A DNA stretch of 64,000 bases. Origin: Fistulifera solaris (Eukaryota). The notes beneath the pieces were generated by a model. The model saw only the letters and a program-made list of their open reading frames with translations. It was not told the origin of the DNA and made no database searches. The stretch covers positions 62,001 to 126,000 of the forward strand of contig AP026143.1 in assembly GCA_030295235.1 (NCBI GenBank). The letters are read 5' to 3'. Position 1 is the first letter of the stretch. The number at the start of each line of letters is the position of its first letter. Positions 38,062 to 49,089 of the stretch are shown piece by piece. The position numbers were made by a program, and so were the translations under genes.

Positions 38062-38974
38062 ATGGGGCCATCCAACACAGATATCCTTCAAGCTCAAATC
38101 ATGTCATTTACGTCGAAGGAAGAGAAAGGAATCAATCATCAGATGCTCTCCCGCAAGCCGTTCAACTTACTCGTTGACAACCAACGAGCGATCCTGGATC
38201 ATGGCGAAAAGGTGAGTTTTTTTTTAAAAAAATTTCCGTTTGAGGTTTGATACACGTTATTTGGCAGTTATTTTGTTTTGAAACAAGAATTTTGAGTACA
38301 CTTTTTCGATAGTACCTTTCCCGCGAAAGCGGATTTTGTATAAGTTTTTGTCGAACCATCTGCCGGTGTACTATCGCCCGATAGTGATTTATAACGGTCA
38401 AAGTTCTCGTTCCGTCCAAACCGTTGCAATCTTGCCAATTTCTCGCTAATCACGACAAATCCGAAGTGGCGCAACGCACGAATGGAACATTCATCGAATG
38501 CCCACAAAATCCAAGAAAGATTTGGTAGCAACGACATCAAACAAACTGACTAACATGACTGCTTCTCCTTTCCGTAACCGCATCTCCATATATAATCGCC
38601 GCTGCCTGGTCACTCCCTCACAAACCATCGATGATTCTTCTTTGATGTTCAAGACGAGTGTGCCCATGAAATCACAGAATGCTCTTCGAAAACCCATCAG
38701 GTCGGCATCACGGGGCTCAGAAAACAGGGAAGAATACACTTCAGAAAGCACATCAAATAACAAGGAAATATTCCGTACAATGTCCTGGATGGAAGATGAG
38801 TCGTCAAACGATTTGAATGAACTATGGACTTTGAAGCGCGCGAACCCCGTACAATCAGAGAGCGACGATGAATGGGAAGATGAATATGCTAGTCCATCCA
38901 AACGAAGCTGTTTGAGGTGGGAGGATCGCTTAGAAAACGATAGTTTCATCGTCTTTCAGCAGCTCGAACGCTAA
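38062..38974 (+). CDS. Hypothetical low-complexity protein (probable intron from ~38212); exact structure uncertain
   Basis: GTGAGT donor at 38212; S/T-P-rich C-terminal ORF 38498-38974. Confidence 0.4.
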
Positions 38975-39697
38975 GCATGCTGCTTGGCCTTGTTCAAATT
39001 ACATTCATGTTACATACAAATATCACTCTGATTATAAACTATAAACGCTATTGAGCACCTTCTTTGAACTAGTTTTTTATGCATTTCGCGTGACATAGCT
39101 TCGGCTCTAAGGTTCGTGATCATGATTCGATCCAAAGAGGGGCGTGCTGATGATATACCAGGCGTACCAAGTATCCCTCGGTCGCGTAGAAGAAGGCGCG
39201 CAAGCCTTAATTCACTATTAAAACTCTCTGACATGCTTGTTTGTGATTTGATAGCTTTTTTGTTGCAAATAGACTAGAGCTATGTTGGTAGTCGGAAGGA
39301 GAGCCCTTTAGCTAACCTCAGGCTTGGCTACCGGTAAACCTTTGCGGTAAAAGAGCAAAAATTTAACCTGACCTTTAATTGAGAAATACAACCGTTACGC
39401 ATAACCATCCTGGCGATTATTAGTGTAGTTAATTGATTGTGTAGTTTATCCGTTGAGTTCCGCTTTTCTTTAAATAAAAATCGCCAAAGAAGGGCCTCCT
39501 TTCGAGAGAATGCGTGCTTGCGTACAGTTTAGCCCAATGACTTTGAATTACATAGTCAACAACGGCGATCGTTCTGAGATCGTTTAACTCTCCAAAAAAC
39601 ACAGGATCAGGCGTGTTATAACACCACTTGATCCATTTCACAAACCTGGTTGACGGAAGGTGTAAAGCTTTTCATCAGCTCTATTTTGACAAATAAG

Positions 39698-41344
39698 ATG
39701 AAGTTTGTAGCTGGTATCATCGCGGCTCTATTCGCCTCGTCGGAGGCTCACCGCATCGGCAACAAGAAGGTCGATGCTCGCAAATTGATGGCATCGGCCG
39801 TGCAAGTCGATCCCCAGACTTTGCGTAAATTGCAAAACAACAACAACGAAAACGCCTTTCAGCTTACGAATGCGCACTCGATTCGATTCAGTAGCTGTAC
39901 TTCCTTGACGACGTCGTCCCCGAACGATGAAATCCTATTTGGTGATTTGATTCAGTACACGAAGAAAGGTCAGATCGTTGCGGAGAAATCTTACGTTTTG
40001 TTCAACGTTTGTGAGACGGAGAGTTGCGGCTACTACTCGAATTCGGATCCCTTGTTTATGGTCGACTTGGGTACCTACATGGCTTCTATGGTAGACTACA
40101 TGCCGCAGCAGCACCAGGAGTATTGCAGAGCCTGTGAGGGTGCTCAAGATTACTGCCAGTAAGTATTCTTTCTTATGTGAATTACTACCTGTATCATTCG
40201 GTGCTCATCAACAATTCTCTCTCTTAGAAACAACGGCGCGAATCAAGATGCCGCTCAGGCGAACGAGGGACAGGACCAGCAGGCCGAGGGCCAGCAGGAA
40301 GGCGAGCAGCAGCAGGCAAACGAAGGTCAACAAGAAGGTGCCGAACAGCAGGCTGAGGGACAGCAACAAGAAGGTGCCGAACAACAGGCTGAGGGACAGC
40401 AAGAAGGCCAACAGGAGGGTGCGGAACAGCAGGCGGAAGGAGGGCAGCGCAAACTCCAGAACAACAACAACAACAACTTCGAGGTTATCGAATGTAACGT
40501 TTGTGAAGCACGAAACTGCTGGGCAAACAATAACAATGCTGATCAGCAGCAGGCGGAAGCTGAAGAGGGCTACGTAGCCGTCAACGACGAAAACATTGTT
40601 GCTTGGGTTGAAGGTATTGCCGGGTGTCAACAAACCGCTTCTTACTGGGATGCCTATCCGCTTTATGCTGGTTGGATCTGTAATGCTGCGGGAACTGGTG
40701 TCGAGATTGGTATCTTCTTGGACGACCAATGCTCCATCTACACCTCCACCAAGAACTACAAGAATGTTGTTGGACAAGACTCGTCGGAACTGTTCTACAA
40801 CTCTCAGGATGTTGTCACTTATCCCTTCATGAATGCTTTGAGCTGCGGCAACCAGGTTCAATACATTACGCCCGAAGAGTATGCCAATATGCAAGCCAAC
40901 GGAAACAACGCAAACAACGCTGATAATGGAAACGGTGAAGCCAGCCAGATGTGCAGGGAGCTCATGAACGGACAAGCCATCAGCGTCGATGATTGCAACG
41001 CTGATGGTCAGGAAGATCAAGTCGACAATGAAATTGAGGGAGACGAGGCGGCAGGTTACGCGTGGTACAAGTACCTCATCACCAGTGAGAACTCCGCGAA
41101 CAACCAGGCTGTTTGCAAGATTTTGCAGACTATGGAAGGTGAATACACTGTTGTTTACAACGGTAACGAAAAGCATGGCTCCGGGTCTTTCTACGACTAC
41201 AGCACCAAATCCGGCTTCCAAAAGCGAAAAGGACTGTTTATTACTTTCATCGTTCTTGGAGTTGTTGCAATCGTTGCTGGTATCTTCGTTGTCCAAGGCT
41301 CCAACGGATCCAAGGGAAAGCGTGGAGATAGTCTACTCCAGTAA
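39698..41344 (+). CDS. Silicanin-1-like single-pass membrane protein, copy A; intron 40159-40227
   Basis: Signal peptide, RKL motif, N/Q-rich Cys-patterned domain (IRFSSC..YVLFNVC..C..C..YC..EIGIFLDDQCSIY), C-terminal TM helix and short tail. Splicing restores one continuous frame. Confidence 0.8.
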
Positions 41345-41902
41345 GCGAACCAAATTTTTGTTTCACTAGGGAGAAGATTGCTGTTCATCGAGGGAATAGT
41401 GATAACTACATAATTTCAAATTTGCTTGTTTTCTTTACTTCGAGGTTTACTTTTTAATGTCGCGTGGAGCAAAACCCTCATAGAAGAAGTTCGGTGCTTT
41501 ATTCGAAAAAACGTAGACGACTCGTGAATCATTTGTTCCCTCAATCATGAATCATCTGCCATTGTGAATTTTGTTATCTACTTTCTATTGTACATCAATT
41601 CAAAGCGGTACCGGTGTTTATTCCTTTCATTTTAAAAAGCGTTGTTAAATTGTACTCTCTTCCGCAGTACCGCGGTACACAACCAGTTAAGTAACCTTAT
41701 CGGATCGCTCAAACTCGGCTTTATTTAGCAAGAAATTGTTTCGCTCATTTGGATTTTGTGAGAGCACCTTCATCGCTCACAAAAATTATTCACGATCGCC
41801 TTCCTCCGCAACCCCTACGGAACCTCTTCTTTTCTCTGCCAACAAAAAAGGCGACCTCAACTAAGTCTCTTCTGATCTCTGTCGATTCGCTGGACTTTAG
41901 CC

Positions 41903-43589
41903 ATGAAGATTCTCGCTGGTATACTTGCCACATGCATGCTCTCGCTGGTGGCCGGTGAGCGCGTCAACATGGAGATGTTGATGGAGAATGCGCTCAAGGT
42001 GGAGAACAGAGCCACTTTGAAAGGTCGGAGACTTGCGTATACGTCGCCCATCTCAGCAAATAAAAGCATTCAGTTTAATTCGTGTGTCTCTGTCACCACA
42101 CAACCATGGGACGAGGATATTTTCTACGGTCAGACCAACCTGAATGCTGCCCAAAACGGAAAGATCATATCAGAGCACTCTTACGTCCTATTCAACTTGT
42201 GCGACACTGGTTCATGCATCTATGACAGCACTGATAATCTTTACATGATCGATCTCAAGTCCTACTTGCGCAGTTTGTTGGCGTACTACCCTTCCAAACG
42301 ACAAGGAGTCTGCAATGTTTGTGAGGACAGCCGAGATTATTGCGGGTAAGTTCATGAGCTTGATTGTTTCGTGTGAAAGTCGTCATTTTCTCACATCTCT
42401 TTCTCGTAGAGAATACTATACCAAGAAGATTGAATACTATCAACAAAAATACCAATACGAGCAAGATCAGCAAAACGCCGCCCAAAACGCTGATCAAGCC
42501 CAGCAGAATGTTGGATACCGCCAGCTGTACAACAGCAATTCGGCCTACATGGCGAACCAAGCCGACGGAAGCCATGTGAATAAAGTCACGTGTGATCAGT
42601 GCGTTCAAGAATGCTACGAAGACGGTGGCGATATTGCGCAATCCAAGCTTCAAGCTGAGATGTATGCCAGTGGGAAAGGATCTCAATTTGAATCCGGTAA
42701 TTTCTACAGCAACCAAGACAATAATCAGTATGCTTACCAAGAAGAGCAAGTAGAAATTGAATTCGACGCTCTTGCACAATGGGTGGCAGAAATTGTCAGC
42801 TGCAAAGACTCCGGTTATGTCTACAACAACCAGAATTTGTTCGCTGGTTTCATGTGCAACTCTGATGGGTCTGGAATTGAAATTGGATTGTTTTTGGATG
42901 AATACTGCTCCATTTATACGAAGGAAGAGTCGTTCACTACGGCAGCCAAATACAGCGGCGGCGATGATTTGACCTACGCTTCTCAGGCAAACAAAATCGT
43001 TACGTATCCTTTCATCAATAACATTGACTGCGGTGATACTTTGACATTCGCGACGCCATGGGGTGCCGTTCAAAATAACGGTAACTATTATTCTTCTGTT
43101 TCTAGTTACTGCACAACCCTTCTTGGAAGCGGCTCGATCAACCTTGACGACTGCACCGATGCTGGTAGCTCCAACGGGAATCAGAACAGATATCAGCAAC
43201 AATACTACAATGACAACGGGTACCAATCCATGTACGATTACACCTTTTACAAGTATAAGCTTTCACAGAAAGATTTGCGCAGCGCCGGTACTGTGTGCAG
43301 CGTTGTTAAAAAGTCATTGGGTCAACGCCAAGCCATCTTTGACAGCAGTCAAGGCAGTGTCTACGACTATTCGGTTCGTCAACAAATGATCAAGGAACAG
43401 AGAAACGCGATGAGAGGAGAGCACAGAGGACTGAAGGTATTTGGTCTATTATTTGGTTTCGCCGTTGCTGCTTGGGCTCTTGTTGCATTTTATAAGGATA
43501 TTTTGGTCGCTAATGGAACGTTGTCGGAGCCTAAACGGGAACAACTTATTATTGAAGGAGACAAGGCCTATGTTCGAGAGATGTCTTAA
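41903..43589 (+). CDS. Silicanin-1-like single-pass membrane protein, copy B; intron 42346-42409
   Basis: Signal peptide, RRL, IQFNSC..YVLFNLC..EIGLFLDEYCSIY, N/Q/Y-rich, C-terminal TM helix. Clear paralogue of copy A. Confidence 0.8.
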
Positions 43590-43669
43590 TGATGTGCACT
43601 TCTCATTCTTTTTGTATTTAATTGTATAATGACGTATTTTTTATTTAAGCGTCAATAGTGAGCAATGTT

Positions 43670-46600
43670 TCACCCATCGATCCCTCGGTTCATGTAGTAA
43701 CTAATGGTTGCCTCCATCGAGCTGTAGAAATCGCATGGGACGTTACCTTTCAAGTTCCTTCTCGCACCATCGCGTAGACAATGGAATTGAGCATCATGCG
43801 AACAAACATCGGCGAATGCTGCCAAGCCGGCATTCAGTGCGTTCTTTCTTTGCAAAAGGCACCGACCTGAATTCGTTCGTTTTAGTCGCTCATATATTAG
43901 GTTTAAGGCGTACAGCGTCGTAGACTGAATTTCATTCAAAAGAAACTGCTCATTGGAACAGACCGTATCCATCATGTCACCAGTTTTCAAGAACATCAGC
44001 GTCTTCAATGCCGCGTACGCCATCAATTGATAGAAATTCAGAAATTGCGTGTTCATCGAGTTTATCGCTGCGTCAAATAAAATGGCCAGGCATCTAGGTC
44101 TTACAAAAGTCTTCATCTGGTTTGCAAGGTGCTTACCAGGTTTTGCTGCTCGATCAACGATGAAAGAAAAGACCGACTCGTTTTGAAGAAATCGCAGATA
44201 GTCAATAAAGACTTCACCGCTGTTCACATCAAAAAGCATCCCACACCACGAGAATTTCGTTCCTTTTGTAGTCGATTTGTATTGATTACATGAAGGTAAC
44301 ACATGCGTCTTTTCTTTGTTGATCTGGACGCCTAATGTGGGATGGCCGTCGTTCATCTTTTTCAAGAACTTCATGCGCTCCGTAGGATCATGAGTCACAA
44401 AGATAAAATCATCAACCATCCGAGCAAGAAGGGTACTCGCTTTTGTCATCACGCCCTCTGAATAAAGCAGCTCCTTCTCGATACTTCCATAATATAGGTT
44501 ACACAGCATATTTGAAAGAACACTCCCCTGGGGGATTCCAATTTTCTGACGGAGATAATCGGAGCCAAATCTGCCTCCTGTTGACACAATGTGTTTCGTT
44601 AAATGATCATGCAACATCATTATCATTTCCTCTCGTCTAGTCATAGAGCAGCTGCTCCCGTCGGAAAATACACTGCTCTCATAATCGTTGGAAATCTGTG
44701 AAAGATATTCAGTGAAGGAGGAAAGCTCTTCAACCGAAATTACGCGCTTTTTATGTATCTTGACAAGACGACCCATACTGTTGAAAGGGTGAACAACTTT
44801 ATATCGCTGAAGGACATACTGCTCATTCGACAACATATTTTGAAGTAAAGCCATTAGGTAGTTCTGGTCGATGTTGTCGAAACATTGATGTATATCAACG
44901 CTGGCAAAGTAGATGCTTCTGTTAGCAATCGGCAACATTTTAAAGGCTTTGATGAACTCGACGTAACGAGGATAAAAGTAATGCAAGCCATCAAGACCAG
45001 AGCCGAAGCTATCTTCGTTCCGTTTGCTTTCGAACTTGAGAATCGCGAATAAATCGCTAAGTATGGTATTGGTGGGAATCATTCGTGTGGGACGTAACGC
45101 GAAATTTGGGCTGTATATAGTGGGACGTGTTGGTCGAGATACATCAACAACGGGCCAGGGCTCCTCTACTTCTTCTAGCGCATCCAATGGCTCATCATCT
45201 TCCTCTACTTCGGTCGTGACCTCAATGAAAGAGTCACCAGCCAAGCGTTGAGCAATAAGGGTTTTCTTCGTCGTCGCCGACCGTGCCGGTAAAAGCCCTT
45301 CGCTTTTACATAATGTAGCGATTGGTCTAACTCCGGTTGACTTTGGCAAAAGACGCAGCCTCGAGACGCCCATCTTTCGATCAAGTAAGTACTCGCCGAG
45401 ATGGTTTTGATCTAAGTATTCGAATTGTCGTTTTCGATGTATCAGTTGCTGCAGGGAGAGCGAGCGAAATTTTGTCCAGACAGGTTTTCGGTAGTAGAGC
45501 AGTTTCTTCCCGGAAAACTCGGAATCCGTTACAAAGAAGTTGGAACGCAAAAGGTTCAGGAGGAAGTCATTGAAGACCCAGCGTAGAAAAGATAGCACAA
45601 GAAGTCTTAATCGGGCGTGATCTTTGCTCGACAATCTAGGTTTCCCCCTTTTGACAGCATCCTGTTTCTGAAACGATGCCAAAGGGATGAGCCATCGAAA
45701 GCTTAGCACCCGAATATTCAGCAGCAGTGTCTTATTCGCAAAATGTTCGTGCCTACGAAGACCCACGAGTTTCGGTACGAGAACGTCAAAGATTTGCGAC
45801 TCGTTATGTTCGCAGCCCCACACGTCTTGGGCGAACACATGGGATAGTACACTTCGTAGAAAGGATTCAACGCTGGTTGGAGCGGAGTAACCCTCTGTTG
45901 CAAGTTTGCTCAATTCCGTCTTGATGGCTTCGCTGGACTCAGTCTCACTACCCTGCATAATGTGTTTTATAGGCAGAGGACATTGCCGTTCTAAAAGACG
46001 ATGATAATCACTCTTCAGGCGATGACGTAACGATATATCGGCAGCCACGCGAATGGCCCCTGACCACGAGCCTGACTGTGCCAGCAAATTATTTTTGAGC
46101 ACTCGAAGCCAACGTTCATGGCCCGTTTCTTGTGCTTTCTTGACGCTTGTGTCCAACAAGTCGCTAAACATAGAAAGAAGTATCTGCTCTGGATCTGTCG
46201 TTCTGACTAGGATATGATCCTTTCCTAGGCCCACTTTGGGGATAAAACCGTTAGAATAGAGCAAAGTTCTTCGTTTCGCGCGTGTCCACGTGCTACTTGG
46301 ATCTAACTCGTTTCGTTTTCGTTTCTTATCCATTCGATTGATAGACACTCCTGTAATTTGCCACAAATTACCATGATTTAGCGGCAAAAGATGGATGTGT
46401 GTAGCAACAACTGTCGCAAGACATCATCACCGAGAACGCAGTGTAACTCGGAAAAGTTGTTCTTGCAGTAGTCCACCGAAGGATTGACATGCTGGACTGT
46501 CATGGGAAAATACGAACGATGGTGATCTTGGCTAAACTCCGATAGGGTGAATCCTTGACTCAAAACATTGCCGGATGTTTGTGTTGACTTATTTCTTTTT

Positions 46601-46886
46601 GCACAAGTTCCCAGACTACATCGTCAACTAGACTCTCTAACGATTGTTGGTTTCGTATTGTAGATGTAGAAAAAGGAATCATCTCGGGAGACGGTAAAAT
46701 CAGAATCCCATGTTTTTCATCGCGGAAGAACGAATCATCGTTGATCGCTGGTGAATTAGTTACGAAGGATTCTATAAACTCCCTCAAAGTGTAAGCATCG
46801 CGCCCCGCTATCGCCCGGATCGTTCGCGTATGTTGCTCCCTAAATGACTTGCTTTTCTTCGAACTACATACCCCTTCCTCCTCCAT
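43670..46886 (-). CDS. TERT: Telomerase reverse transcriptase (~1072 aa after restoring two missing bases)
   Basis: TEN motifs NVLSQGF and IFLPLNHGNLWQITG, CP motif (QCPL), T motif FFVTDSEF..LLYYRKPVW, motifs 1/2 RLRLLPK..GVRPI, A SVDIHQCFD, B' GIPQGSVLS, C RMVDDFIFVT, E WCG. Confidence 0.96.
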
Positions 46887-47121
46887 CCTATGAATGTTAC
46901 CGACGATGATAACATTCATGCATTTGCCTTCATAATAACTTGTGCGCTGCATGCGAAGAACCTCATTTTTGTGTGGATAAATCGTCTTACCGGTACAAAA
47001 TTATGTTCATGCGGAAAAGTCATAACGGTACTCAGTCTGTTCTTTCGTCTGTCCTTGGTCTGTCGGCGCGCCCTGCCCTGCGATTTTCTCGTCCTTATTC
47101 ACGTTTTCGCACACCTTTCTT

Positions 47122-47130
47122 GGCGCGAAA
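47122..47130 (-). promoter_or_regulatory. E2F-consensus site (TTTCGCGCC) in the TERT/LYR divergent promoter
   Basis: GGCGCGAAA on the + strand, ~240 bp upstream of the TERT ATG. Confidence 0.45.
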
Positions 47131-47331
47131 TCGCGTGGTCGCACAATTTTTATTGACTGTTGTTCGAGGTCCTCGTGTTATGATATTTGATCCTGATAAC
47201 CACGTTTCTCTTGCCTACGAAGAAATCCATTTTCGAGCTGCTAACAACTCGTCAACGTGGAACTTGCATCAATTCTTCTAACGATTTCGTGAAGCTCCTG
47301 GGGAAGCATCGTTTTCGCTTACTAGTTCAAA

Positions 47332-47744
47332 ATGTCTCTTCCTGGTTTTCAACGGACGTCTCTACAGGTAGGAATGCGCAGGTAATATGTTTGTGACATT
47401 TCCATGCATCTGAATTTTTTTGTTATCGTCAGCTCTACCGTGATTGCCTGCGGCTCATACAGCACGTAGCACCCGGTCGATCAGCCAAGAATACTGCTCT
47501 GCGTCAAACCGTCCGTCAACAATTTGCTCGAAATCGGGACCTAACGGATGAAGAGGCTATTCAAAATGCTCAAACGAATGCAGTGAGAGCGCTCAGTAAC
47601 TATCTCCTTGCCGCGCAAGCTTCCACGGATAAGAAAGTCGGTTCCGCTATGAAAGACTACACAATGAGATCAATGAAGGAAGCAAAATCCATTAAACACG
47701 ATGTGAACAAAAGGATTCATGACACTGAATCGGAGAAGACTTGA
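47332..47744 (+). CDS. LYR-motif (Complex1_LYR) mitochondrial protein; intron 47368-47432; absent from the ORF track
   Basis: MSLPGFQRTSLQ|LYRDCLRLIQHVAPG..VRQQFARNRDLTDEEAI..RALSNYL. Confidence 0.85.
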
Positions 47745-48133
47745 AGTTCAGTAGTAATGAGCAGTACCAGTAATGGCACTCTGATGTTTGATTCCATCGA
47801 ATGGATTACTGGCTCAAGACGGCAAAGATTAATTGCTTGATAGAGTGTCATGAGGCAACGTACTTGTTATTTATGAGCTAGGGCTATGAATGAAGATTAT
47901 GTATATAAACGGCAAGATTATTTTTATAATTGTTATAGGGAAAATCTTACGGAGTGGATAACTCGTGAATGACGAGTCTTGCTACACTATCGCGTTTTTT
48001 TTTATTCCGCGACGCTCTCGCGCTTCTCGAGAGGATCGACGGCATAATCAAAGGCAGGAAAGGGCGTCGTGTTTGCTCAATACAAGTAGCTGTGCATCAA
48101 AATCAGATATAAGTGAAATAGAAATATACAACA

Positions 48134-49089
48134 ATGCCTCCTGTGGAAGGACAAGAAGAAGCTTTAGCGCGAATGACGAAAATCGTCAACGCGTTTCTCG
48201 CTCGCCCCGATTCGGGGCCGTTCCGCGAGCCGGTCGATTGGAGAGGCTTGGAATTGCACGATTATCCCGAAATCATCAAACATATGATGGATTTGGGAAC
48301 CATTAAACGAAAATTAGAACGCAATCAGTATCAAACAGCCGCGCAAGTAGCATCGGACATCCGGTTAGTTTGGTCGAATTGCATGACATACAACGCTGAA
48401 GGATCCGACTTTTGGTTGCTGGCGAAAGGCTTCAGTCGTAGGTTCGAAGATAGATATCGTCGAGTCAAAGCAGATGGTACGTTCTAGTTTTCGTGTCGTG
48501 CAATTCTCTTGAGTGTTACTGATGTCAATATTAATTCGACGCGCCTAGTCGACGTTGGGGAGGACCTGGAGGAGGAAAAGGACGAAGATGACGAAGAAGA
48601 TGATGAGGGCGCTGGCGAGGACGATGAAGACGACGAAGAAGAAGGAGAAGAGTTTGCAGAGGGAGAAGGCGAAGACGAAGAGGAGAATGAAATGGGTTCT
48701 TCGAGTCATGCCAGTGGTTTCGATGGAGCAACGTTAGGTAGGTGTTCCTCGTCGTTTCTCTGTGTTTACTTTTTAAACTCAAAGCTCATCAATCCTTATG
48801 ATAAAGATGAACGTTCCAAGTTTTCGGCGAATCTGCTGATGCTCACTGGACTTGAGTTGGGATATGTCGTAAAAACCATTGAAATCCAGTGTCCGCAGGC
48901 TATTGAGATTGGGCAACAGGTTCCTGGAAAATGGAGATTGTCGTGGACCGACTTATTTCTAACGCCTCTCTTTTCAACAAGCTGAGTGAATACGCTGAGC
49001 AGAAGGCAAGTCAGCGTCGGCAGAAGATTCCCACGAGAAAGGCGCCCACCATCATTGACATTTCCAATCGCAGGAAGAGAAAGAGATAA
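48134..49089 (+). CDS. Bromodomain protein with acidic linker and ET-like C-terminus; two introns and one indel
   Basis: PFREPVDW..LHDYPEIIKHMMDLGTIK..DIRLVWSNCMTYN. Confidence 0.88.

Noticed and set aside
46378..46600. Programmed ribosomal frameshifting in TERT (as in yeast EST3)
   Set aside because: The same type of homopolymer indel affects a dozen unrelated housekeeping genes, so assembly error is far more parsimonious.
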